Positions 56,029 through 64,000 of a stretch of 64,000 bases of DNA are shown here, in pieces. The DNA lies in the IMG/VR virus record IMGVR_UViG_3300028593_000003; one strand, written 5' to 3'. The first letter of the stretch is position 1; each line of letters opens with the position of its first letter. The notes below the pieces were generated by a model. That model had not been told where the DNA came from. It worked only from the letters and a program-made list of their open reading frames with translations, and searched no databases. The DNA is from a virus. Lineage: Duplodnaviria; Caudoviricetes. Position numbers and translations under genes: made by a program.

Positions 56029-56889
56029 TTAGAAGAAAAAATCTTCAAGTGGAACATCTCTCTTTGACTTATGATGGCATTGAGGACATTCTATATTAAT
56101 GGAAAAGTCAACACCAAAATCATATTTTTCAAACCATTTTGGTAATTTTACTTCTTCCTGTTCTGTAAGGGCATCCAATAAATAAACTCTATCTTCGATG
56201 CTCAAATCTGTTTCTTCACCGTCCGGTGTAATAATTCCCTTTATTGAAAGGGCGAGAATGGCGGTCATTGTCTGAATAGCCTTCTCGGCATCCGCGGCCT
56301 CTGGATAAGTATTTTTTACCCATTCCATCGCCTGTTTTTGTATTCCTCTCGTAACCAGAGACATTCTCACTTTAATTCTATCATTTACTTCCACAATATC
56401 AGGTTCAGAAATTTCCTTCTCTACTATTTCAGGAGAAATCTCTTCGGTTTTAATTTCTTGGAGAGGTTGAGATTTCTTTTTCTTTTGTGCCGGAGGAGTT
56501 TCCGACCCTTTAACTTTCTTTTTCCCAAAATCAAGAAGCTTTACAGGCATTTCAGAAAGATTTACTGTTTGTAGTGATTGGCTGCCACAACTTGGACATA
56601 TTGTTTGAAATTGATATGTATTCCCCTTCGTAACTTTTCTAATTTCCAGTAATAGAAAAAATCTATCTTGTAAATATAAATCACTTACTTTAAAATCTTC
56701 TCCAATAACACACCCCTCCAGAATTTCATCAAGGGCAGTTTCAATAATTGCCTGATCTTCAGCATTTTCATACATTAATAATTTTTTAATTTGACCTGTT
56801 GTAATTGGTTTGAATTTTACAGTTTTACCGTTTCCTGGCAAAACAGTTTCAAATTCATACACATTGATATACCTTTTAAAATTTGACAT
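56029..56889 (-). CDS. gp26: gp26-like baseplate hub/tail assembly chaperone
   Basis: LP..GK.VKF.P.T....K.LL, L...D...L.L.IR....G, CPSC, CPQC, ends DFFF. Confidence 0.75.
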   Translation of the reverse strand: MSNFKRYINVYEFETVLPGNGKTVKFKPITTGQIKKLLMYENAEDQAIIETALDEILEGCVIGEDFKVSDLYLQDRFFLLLEIRKVTKGNTYQFQTICPSCGSQSLQTVNLSEMPVKLLDFGKKKVKGSETPPAQKKKKSQPLQEIKTEEISPEIVEKEISEPDIVEVNDRIKVRMSLVTRGIQKQAMEWVKNTYPEAADAEKAIQTMTAILALSIKGIITPDGEETDLSIEDRVYLLDALTEQEEVKLPKWFEKYDFGVDFSINIECPQCHHKSKRDVPLEDFFF

Positions 56890-56899
56890 AAAAACCTCC

Positions 56900-57649
56900 T
56901 TATAGTGGTATCTTCCCTCTTATCGCCTCTATATTCAAGTCCAAAAGACTTCTTCCGCCCCTTTGTAAGAATGTTGCAAGAGCACCGGGTTCTCTCTCCG
57001 TTATTGTATGATATTGATATGAAAAAGTAACATCAAATTGAACCAAATCATTCGTCTGATAATCTAATTGAATTTGTCCAATACTTTTTGGCCAAGCCCC
57101 ATAAAGTTTAAAACAGCAAATTGTGCTCCCAGTATCAAAGCCTAAAAGATGAATATCTTGATCAACCATATAGGAAACTGGTTTACCATAGATATTGGCT
57201 TGTGGATTATGTATTATTTTTTGCCAGGCCCAAAATCTTGTAAGAATTTTTGCATCATTATCAACTATGAATGTCACACTCCAATCCCCATCAGACCTCG
57301 TTGAGGCCATCTTGAATTTCTGGCCAACCCAATAAGTTTGAATTTCTTCCAATGTAGAATCTGGTAATGATGTAGATTTTACAAGATATGGAAAATTTGA
57401 TGTAGAATTATTCAACAAGAAAACATCTGTGGCTGCGCCCAAACCTTCAACCGCACCCTTTTTGAGGATTTCATCCGTGGCCCCACTACTCAAATCCTCT
57501 ATGGTTTTCATACCAGATAATACACCCTCGGCGGCCGCCTTCAAAATATTACCAAAATTTGGGAACTGAAGATTTACATAGAATAAATACTGCCTGGCAC
57601 CACCAAGAAATCTGGATTTATAGGATTGAATATCAATATTAACCTTCAT
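56900..57649 (-). CDS. Tail-tube-like paralog (gp19/gp54 family)
   Basis: GGARQYLFY...YLVK.T.LP...WPKSIG..LDY. Confidence 0.8.
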   Translation of the reverse strand: MKVNIDIQSYKSRFLGGARQYLFYVNLQFPNFGNILKAAAEGVLSGMKTIEDLSSGATDEILKKGAVEGLGAATDVFLLNNSTSNFPYLVKSTSLPDSTLEEIQTYWVGQKFKMASTRSDGDWSVTFIVDNDAKILTRFWAWQKIIHNPQANIYGKPVSYMVDQDIHLLGFDTGSTICCFKLYGAWPKSIGQIQLDYQTNDLVQFDVTFSYQYHTITEREPGALATFLQRGGRSLLDLNIEAIRGKIPL

Positions 57650-58344
57650 TTTGTCAACATCCCCGCTACTTTTTCATAACCTCGCTTTATCGCGTCTGAC
57701 AAAGATGTAGACGGTTTTGTTTCCAGTTCCATTTTATAGAAAGAAAAAACCACATTCATTGTCAGAATTTCAGCTGAGGCATAATCAAAGGTAATATTAC
57801 CAACTGATTTCGGCCAGCATTTTCTCAAAACAAAAGATTTTACAATATTTCCTGAATAATCTATCATATGAACCTCTTGGTCTTGCATATACATTCTTGA
57901 TGACGATCTTCCACCATCATTTTTTCCCATTGATGTTCTCTGAATCAGATTTTGCCAGCTATACATTCTTTCGATAATATCACCATTAATATCAACATTC
58001 ATATCAACTGTCCAATCACCATATTTTCTATAACCCGCTATCTTGTAATCAAGGTTCTGCCACGGAATTGGAATTTCATCAAAGGACGCCTCTGGAATAG
58101 ATGTCGCCTTTACCAAATATGGCCATTTATCAAAATCTGAACCCAATCCATATGTTGTAAGAACACTATTGGCTGCTGGCACAAACCACTTCTTCCACCC
58201 ATCTGTACTTGCGGACATAAAAGATGAACCAACTTCCTTAGTGGCCGCGGGTGGCAACTTCAAAAGAATATAAAACAAAAATTGTCTGGCTCCACCAGAA
58301 AATCTTGTCCTATATGTATCAACATCAAATAATATCTCTGGCAT
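57646..58344 (-). CDS. Tail-tube-like paralog (gp19/gp54 family)
   Basis: GGARQFLFY...K.AG.R.YGDW...WPKSVG. Confidence 0.8.
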   Translation of the reverse strand: MPEILFDVDTYRTRFSGGARQFLFYILLKLPPAATKEVGSSFMSASTDGWKKWFVPAANSVLTTYGLGSDFDKWPYLVKATSIPEASFDEIPIPWQNLDYKIAGYRKYGDWTVDMNVDINGDIIERMYSWQNLIQRTSMGKNDGGRSSSRMYMQDQEVHMIDYSGNIVKSFVLRKCWPKSVGNITFDYASAEILTMNVVFSFYKMELETKPSTSLSDAIKRGYEKVAGMLTK

Positions 58345-58355
58345 CCTTCCTCCAA

Positions 58356-58395
58356 ATAAAAAGGTCTGAAGAGTTCAAGTACCCTTCAGACCTTT
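58356..58395 (-). terminator. Terminator downstream of the major tail tube gene
   Basis: AAAGGUCUGAAG...CUUCAGACCUUUUU hairpin with U tract. Confidence 0.75.
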
Positions 58396-58437
58396 CGATC
58401 CATTAGTTTCTTCACTAAGCGTGGTACGGGTTATAAG

Positions 58438-58445
58438 TATTTATA
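58438..58445 (-). promoter_or_regulatory. T4 late promoter
   Basis: Exact TATAAATA, intergenic. Confidence 0.6.
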
Positions 58446-58454
58446 TAATACCTA

Positions 58455-59000
58455 TTATCCGAAAGTCACCGTTGCACCGTAACTTACATTATCAGAAATA
58501 TGATATATGTAGGTAAATGTCATATCAAATTGAACAACATCGTTTGCGGAGTAATCAAGTGTGGCAGTTCCAACTGATTTTGGCCAAGCCCCAAAAAGCT
58601 TATACTTCATAATGGGCTTGCCATCGTAACCCAAAAGCTCGAGTTGCTGATCCACCATATAGAGATTTGGTGGTGTATACAAATTCGTTGTTGGATCGTG
58701 AACAAGCTGAGCCCATTGCATAAACATCTGCTGAATTTTTGCATCAATATCTACATTGAAAGTAACTGTCCAATCACCATAGGTATACTTTCCAGCAAAT
58801 TTAAAATCAAAACCTTGCCAGTTTGTCATAATTTCATCAGATGTTGTCTCCGGCAAATTTGTGGCTCTTACAAGATATGTTGCCTTTTCCGTATCTGTTC
58901 CTGCTACACCAGCTGGAAACATTGGTTTGTAGTAGAATAGATATTGTCTTGCTCCACCTTGAAATGATGCCCTATAACTGTCAATATCAAATCTTGGCAT
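58455..59000 (-). CDS. gp19: Major tail tube protein
   Basis: Follows the sheath gene; GGAR..LF, AG..TYGDWTVT, GAWP..VG...LDY. Confidence 0.9.
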   Translation of the reverse strand: MPRFDIDSYRASFQGGARQYLFYYKPMFPAGVAGTDTEKATYLVRATNLPETTSDEIMTNWQGFDFKFAGKYTYGDWTVTFNVDIDAKIQQMFMQWAQLVHDPTTNLYTPPNLYMVDQQLELLGYDGKPIMKYKLFGAWPKSVGTATLDYSANDVVQFDMTFTYIYHISDNVSYGATVTFG

Positions 59001-59021
59001 TGTTTATTCCTCCAATTATTC

Positions 59022-60746
59022 TTACGCTCCCGTTGATGCTCCGGCAAGCTCCGTAAAGGAAGCGCCGGTCTTGGTTGCAATAAAGTTCAAAACGATAAAT
59101 TCTGCGGCCCTTGTAGGCTTGATATAAATATCACACCAGAGTTCGTTTCTGTCAATTCTTTCCGGTGTATTATTTGTTTCATCACAAACAACCATATAAT
59201 CGTAAATACCTCTTCTGGAACGAACATCTCTCAAGAATGGGTCAATCATATTAACCAAGAGAAGTCTTGTAAGATCATCGTTTGGTTCGAAGAGAAAATA
59301 TTTTGCTGCGGTGGCAATTGCCTTTTCGAGGACAATGAAAAGCCTACGAACATTAATCCTATTGAAAGCAGATTCTTTATCGAGAAGTGTTTTCTGACCC
59401 CAAACAACTTTTCCCTGTCCGGCAAAAGATACAAGTGGGTTAATACCCGCTTTATAAAGAATATCTCTCTCTCCGAGAGTTGGGTTCCAAGCAAGCCTCC
59501 TGACATTTCCAAGAAGCGCTCTATTCAGACCGGCAGGAGCAAACCAAGGATCGGAAACATTATCTGTATTTGCATAAATCCCGGCAATAAAACCGGAGGC
59601 CGGAATCCATCTATATTTCCCATTCCACTTATCATAAATCTCAATCCAGTTTCCATAAATGGATGCATAACTGGTATTCTCATTCAATGTACTTTGTCTA
59701 TATGTTCTAAGAGAAGTGGCTTCATTACCGGAGTTATTGATGACAGATTCATAGAGACAATCAAGAACAGCAATACAATCTTTTCTTGTTTCTGCAATTG
59801 AAACAAGATATGATTTTACTGTAGTTGATTTATTAGAATCAATAAATACATTGACATCAATTTCTTCTGCATTCGCATAAAGGTCAATGTCATTCATAAT
59901 AAGTGCATCTGTTACTTGATCTCCCTGATCATCTGCACCACCACCAAATAATTGATAATTGGAAGTTGAAATTGTGATGTCCTGATTTTTCTGTGTTTCA
60001 TTCAGAGAAATTCTAATATAAGATGATTGTGAATTGATTTTCGTTTCTGCAAAGAGCTTCTGACCCTGATCATCAACTATATCTTCATCGGTAGAAACAT
60101 TCCAATATTCTTTTACCACATAAGATGTTTCTCCCTGTGGTTTTACTGATACAACAATTAAAAATGATTTGCTGCTGAGAAGCGGGCTATCAATTGCCGA
60201 AATGTCTGGATAGGTTTCCCAATCTGAATGGCCGCCCGATGCTATTTGATTATAAGTCGTATAATCAATAACGGCTACTTTGATATTGTTCCCCCAGGCG
60301 CCTCTTGAATCTGCAATAAGATAGAACGGGAAGCCCGCAATAGGAGAAACATCATCTGCGAAATTATCGGGGTCTTGACTTGCAAGATCGCCCAATTTGA
60401 GGGCATCGGCCACAGAGAAAGGTGAAAATGTTGCTTCTGATCCACTTACTGCCATAGTTCCGGCGAAGGTTGCTGAGACGGGCATCGTTCTCGTGCAGTA
60501 AAGTGAGTTACCATATCTCAAATAACCCGTGGCCGAAAGAATATCTTGATAACAATTCGCTATATTCGTTGGTTTTCCAAAAAAATCTATCAATTCATTT
60601 GTGGTCGTTATCAGCGTTTTCTTTCTTTCCGGCCCTTTATAAGTATTTCGCAAAATAATTGCGGCAATAGAAGTGGCTACCGCTGGAATAGTAGTAGACA
60701 AATCTATTTCATTTACATCTACGAGTGGTGACAAATAAAATGCCAT
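59022..60746 (-). CDS. gp18: Tail sheath protein
   Basis: SP.V.V.EID, PWFAPAGLNR, RINVRRLF, FEPND, IKP.RA.EFI.L.F.AT.TG. Confidence 0.96.
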   Translation of the reverse strand: MAFYLSPLVDVNEIDLSTTIPAVATSIAAIILRNTYKGPERKKTLITTTNELIDFFGKPTNIANCYQDILSATGYLRYGNSLYCTRTMPVSATFAGTMAVSGSEATFSPFSVADALKLGDLASQDPDNFADDVSPIAGFPFYLIADSRGAWGNNIKVAVIDYTTYNQIASGGHSDWETYPDISAIDSPLLSSKSFLIVVSVKPQGETSYVVKEYWNVSTDEDIVDDQGQKLFAETKINSQSSYIRISLNETQKNQDITISTSNYQLFGGGADDQGDQVTDALIMNDIDLYANAEEIDVNVFIDSNKSTTVKSYLVSIAETRKDCIAVLDCLYESVINNSGNEATSLRTYRQSTLNENTSYASIYGNWIEIYDKWNGKYRWIPASGFIAGIYANTDNVSDPWFAPAGLNRALLGNVRRLAWNPTLGERDILYKAGINPLVSFAGQGKVVWGQKTLLDKESAFNRINVRRLFIVLEKAIATAAKYFLFEPNDDLTRLLLVNMIDPFLRDVRSRRGIYDYMVVCDETNNTPERIDRNELWCDIYIKPTRAAEFIVLNFIATKTGASFTELAGASTGA

Positions 60747-60776
60747 TTTATTGATCCTCCGAGTTTTTTCCTTATA

Positions 60777-60805
60777 TATTTATGGATATTTCAATAATAT
60801 TTATA
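60777..60805 (-). promoter_or_regulatory. Tandem late promoters upstream of the sheath gene
   Basis: TATAAATA (60798-60805) and CATAAATA (60777-60784). Confidence 0.7.
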
Positions 60806-60810
60806 AAAAT

Positions 60811-61311
60811 TTAACCGATTTCATATCTATCGTACATAAATGTTGCAGAACCTTCGAGTACGGCCTCCCCATCCCTCATAGAAAGAGTAAGCTCTCCGAG
60901 CTGCTGTATCCAAACATTTTTAAAATTTATAGCGAGGACACTCCCACCGAAATTATCGGATATTTGAAGTGATGCGTCAATAACCATCTCATTCGGTATA
61001 ACACCAAACCTATCCTTGTTATTATTTATATAAAATATCCAATTTGTCAGAGCTTTCCAGTTTCTAAATTCCGAATCTACAATAAAATTGACTGTCCAAG
61101 AGTCAAAAGTAAGCTTTCCAATCTGTAGTTGTAATCTGCCACCCTGCCAGGGAGCTTCAACATTATCAAGTGCCAAGCCGGGGATGACGGTTCCAAACAA
61201 ATTCAGCTCAAGTTCAGCAGTCGCAGCACGGGATGTCTCCGATGGTAATACGGGAAAAACCAGCTTAAAATTGGTGGGGGTCGCCCTGTTTACATTTACC
61301 GATAATGCCAT
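60811..61311 (-). CDS. gp3: Tail tube terminator
   Basis: N...PTNFKL...IPG...F.VD....NW...NW, DASL.I, ATF.Y. Confidence 0.8.
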   Translation of the reverse strand: MALSVNVNRATPTNFKLVFPVLPSETSRAATAELELNLFGTVIPGLALDNVEAPWQGGRLQLQIGKLTFDSWTVNFIVDSEFRNWKALTNWIFYINNNKDRFGVIPNEMVIDASLQISDNFGGSVLAINFKNVWIQQLGELTLSMRDGEAVLEGSATFMYDRYEIG

Positions 61312-61320
61312 TTTTACCCC

Positions 61321-62124
61321 TTATGGATCCCAAATTCCTCTGCCAGGGAAAATCTCATATCTTGACAGTATTCCTGCTGTCTCATCGTACCCAAGCGCTT
61401 CCACATAAACAGCCTCAGCATAATTCCCGCTGGCACCAGATGTGAAGGTGGTTTCTGTTTCAGTTTCCATTGCGCCCTTGGTCGTATAAATCCTGGCCAT
61501 CGCCTTTTCGATGAGTTTGTTTCCTGCGACACCTTCCTCTGATATCGGAAGTATAAAATATCCCTGTATTGTAAATGTCAATGTCCATTTCAACACTCTC
61601 CAATCCTCTTCTCCCCAATCTTCCATAATATCCGGTGTGGCACTATTGAAAACAACCTTCAATTCGATATTGGCATCCAATTCCGGAACACCAATCCTTA
61701 TCATCGTAAACGGATTGAAAAATGGTAATATCTGCTCCAAAATCTGGTCAATGTCAACAATGTGAAGTGCCCAGATGTTCACATTGAGAAGAAAATTATA
61801 CGGTACAAGGTTCTTGACGATTTCCTGTGTAGCCTGCTCATAGTCCTTTGACACAACAATATCGACATTCTTGTTTCCAAGTCTCGTACTGTCATAATCT
61901 ATTGACATAAGAGTTACGGAGATAATGGGGAGTTGTTCTTCTGTGGAATATTCCTTGACCCAGTAATAGGCCTTTTCCTTTGGGCCAAATTTTACAGGAA
62001 CAAGTACGGTCTTTGTAATATTCCCGTCATTGTCATACCTCGCCACATATATCTCGTTCAACATATCGAGAAATTGTATAAGAGTTTTTCTGAAAATTTT
62101 ATAATAATAGTATGTTCTGGCCAT
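61321..62124 (-). CDS. gp15: Tail terminator/sheath stabiliser
   Basis: VPV.FGPKEK, LP.IS, VPYN, QI.EQILPFFNP, WTL.FT..GY. Confidence 0.9.
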   Translation of the reverse strand: MARTYYYYKIFRKTLIQFLDMLNEIYVARYDNDGNITKTVLVPVKFGPKEKAYYWVKEYSTEEQLPIISVTLMSIDYDSTRLGNKNVDIVVSKDYEQATQEIVKNLVPYNFLLNVNIWALHIVDIDQILEQILPFFNPFTMIRIGVPELDANIELKVVFNSATPDIMEDWGEEDWRVLKWTLTFTIQGYFILPISEEGVAGNKLIEKAMARIYTTKGAMETETETTFTSGASGNYAEAVYVEALGYDETAGILSRYEIFPGRGIWDP

Positions 62125-62501
62125 TATTTCTTATCGCCTTCACCCTCTTTCTTTTCACTTTTCTTTGCTTCATTTTTCTTTTTATTCAATTCTGCTGAAT
62201 ATATTGATATAGCCTGGGCAATATTGACTAAGGCTTTTCTTGCGTCTTTCAATTTTTTGGTATCAGCAACACCGGGCCCGAGCTTCTCAAAACCTTGCTG
62301 TTGAGTTTGAATATCTTTCGCATCTTTCTCTAAGTCTTTCCACGATGCAATCTTCTTCTCAATTTCGGAAGCGGATAATTTTCGTGCATCCGCGGCATAA
62401 ACCTTTTTCCAGACCCAACTCATAAGACCCTCGGAAATCTGAGATTCGTATATTTCCTGTAGTTTTTTAACTTCCTCTGTATCATTCGTAAAATATCCCA
62501 T
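62124..62501 (-). CDS. Hypothetical protein, possibly internal virion protein
   Basis: GGAGG RBS; L-x-E/I-x-E sites near the N-terminus. Confidence 0.55.
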   Translation of the reverse strand: MGYFTNDTEEVKKLQEIYESQISEGLMSWVWKKVYAADARKLSASEIEKKIASWKDLEKDAKDIQTQQQGFEKLGPGVADTKKLKDARKALVNIAQAISIYSAELNKKKNEAKKSEKKEGEGDKK

Positions 62502-62513
62502 TTCTATTTCCTC

Positions 62514-64000
62514 CTACCAGTTCTTCTCCAATGTAAAATTTGCCCTTGAAAATTCAAGCCTGTCAACCAGTTTCAATATGTTACCAGACTTGTCAATAAC
62601 ACAGAAACCTTCCGGCTTTGTGACATTGTATCCATCACCACTACGGATGAATGTTCCGATGTTACTGATTTCCCCGAATTTCCTTACAAAAATATTTTTC
62701 AGGCGGATGAAAATCAGGTAAAGATACAGTAATCCCATTATTTCTCTCTTATATTTATGAAGAAAATGATGAGCAGAATCTATCATTTCCATTCTTCTTT
62801 TCTTGGCCTCTGGTGATTTCACCTGCTCAGCCTGTTCTTCATACCTTCTTTTTATGAAGAACATAAAATCTTCATAATAGGAAGTGATCGAGCGTAATGC
62901 TTGGGCGTTCTTGATGTTCTCATTGTGGAATATCCTGAACAGTTCATAAAGACCGAAGCTCTTCATTTTCTTGAAGATATCTTCCTTGACATATTTGGAA
63001 ACCCTTTCCGCCTCCGAAATCAGTTCATTGACTTTATCCACTTCCGACCTTGAGAAATTTACCGTACCACTTTCATCCCTGAAGTAGGCATCCTGCACCC
63101 ACACATCAGCGTCATTGAAATGGTCTGATACATCTATATTGAATTTGGCCGAAAGAGTATCGAGAGTTTTTCCTGTATATTCAGTATGAATGACGATGCC
63201 CATTTTCGCCCTTTTGATTTTCTGTGCCAAGTCACTATCACTTGGAACGGCATAGGTAATCGTATTTGGCGTGAATGTAATATACTTCACACCGTTTATG
63301 CTCTCCATTTTCTTGTCATCCGTAAAGAGAAGGTCACCTTGATATATCGTGTTTACTCCGAGATCTGATAGATATTTGAGGGATGTTTTCAACTTAGCTA
63401 CAAGTCCTGGCGCATGACCGAAATGCTCATTTACATCGGCATCCGTGTAGGCCAATTTTGGTGTCTTGTTGAAGAGGGCTTTTGTGCTAACAAAAAATTT
63501 CTTGTTCTCCGGATTGATACCAAAGAAAACAGCTGGCGCACCATCCCATTTGACTGTGATGGTCGCCCTATTTTTCGAATCTCCGGAAAGCGTGTCGCGA
63601 ATTAGCTCAGCCAACTCGATGTTCTTTTTTATACCGTCCACACCGTTGTTGAACATATTGTCCTCAAAATGTTCCATATGGCGGTTGATATCCTCATTGA
63701 TGAGTTCCTGTATGGTGTATGTCCTTTCTTCCTTGAACAGCTGACCCCTGACATTTCCAGGCCTTCCAACTGTTGCCTTGAGGAGCTTGCGAAACTTCTC
63801 AAACCATTCCTCATTATCCAATCCTTTTGCCACATTCCTTTTATATTCCTTGAAATCATTATTCCCAATAGCTTTTCTTGCCTTGGACGCAGAAATATCC
63901 TCCTCGGTTCTTTTTATTTCATCGAAGATGACATTATAATCCACTCCCCGAAACTGTACTTTATATCCGTCAATCCTGTCAGAACCGGCAATAATTGCAA
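62514..64000 (-). CDS. Cytidylyltransferase-like domain fused to DUF6267 (KWDG nucleotidyltransferase-like); 5' end outside the window
   Basis: Frame stays open to the window edge (AIIAGSDR...ISASKAR); HMEHFED, TVKWDGAPA, QGDLLF, F.PNTITY, PEGF, KLVDR.EFS..NF. Confidence 0.8.
   Translation of the reverse strand, partial: AIIAGSDRIDGYKVQFRGVDYNVIFDEIKRTEEDISASKARKAIGNNDFKEYKRNVAKGLDNEEWFEKFRKLLKATVGRPGNVRGQLFKEERTYTIQELINEDINRHMEHFEDNMFNNGVDGIKKNIELAELIRDTLSGDSKNRATITVKWDGAPAVFFGINPENKKFFVSTKALFNKTPKLAYTDADVNEHFGHAPGLVAKLKTSLKYLSDLGVNTIYQGDLLFTDDKKMESINGVKYITFTPNTITYAVPSDSDLAQKIKRAKMGIVIHTEYTGKTLDTLSAKFNIDVSDHFNDADVWVQDAYFRDESGTVNFSRSEVDKVNELISEAERVSKYVKEDIFKKMKSFGLYELFRIFHNENIKNAQALRSITSYYEDFMFFIKRRYEEQAEQVKSPEAKKRRMEMIDSAHHFLHKYKREIMGLLYLYLIFIRLKNIFVRKFGEISNIGTFIRSGDGYNVTKPEGFCVIDKSGNILKLVDRLEFSRANFTLEKNW

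Larger units (their letters stand above)
1..64000. other. Segment of a large T4-like myophage genome
   Basis: Tail sheath, tube, gp3, gp15, gp5/6/25/53, gp46/47, UvsX and gp55 homologs recognisable by motif; dense small-ORF early region; no host housekeeping genes. Confidence 0.95.

Noticed and set aside
1-64000. Alternative genetic code (stop-codon reassignment)
   Set aside because: Conserved genes are full length in the standard code, and TAA, TAG and TGA all terminate genes at expected positions

Overview
A 64-kb segment of a large, AT-rich T4-like (myovirus) phage genome in the standard genetic code, with no host chromosomal genes visible. (1) 1-15.9 kb: densely packed small minus-strand early/accessory ORFs behind sigma70-type promoters. 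(2) 16-31.7 kb, plus strand: dCMP deaminase, then a ~14-kb sugar/nonulosonic-acid modification island (aminotransferases, glycosyltransferases, NeuA/NeuB, methyltransferases, radical SAM). One methyltransferase is cleanly split by a 2.1-kb IS607 (TnpA+TnpB) element. (3) 32-44 kb, minus strand: GT2, GIY-YIG endonuclease, vWA protein, a Ro60/TROVE gene, UvsX, gp46/47 and late sigma gp55. (4) 44.5-64 kb: T4-like baseplate and tail module and a cytidylyltransferase-DUF6267 fusion. The standout is a promoter-driven tandem array of four Y-RNA-like ncRNAs (37332-37987) directly upstream of Ro60. They share a covarying scaffold, but each carries a different structured domain: one is a circularly permuted tRNA mimic and one a ~200-nt domain with a predicted pseudoknot. 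Other notable signals are a C-terminal [LIV]-[DPS]-x-x-L-F-x-[IV] motif on 11 small proteins, a probable -1 frameshift joining the gp26- and gp51-like genes, capsid-targeting-like N-termini under late promoters, and a late promoter in front of the glycosylation island. All family assignments are from motif recognition by eye; no database searches were run.
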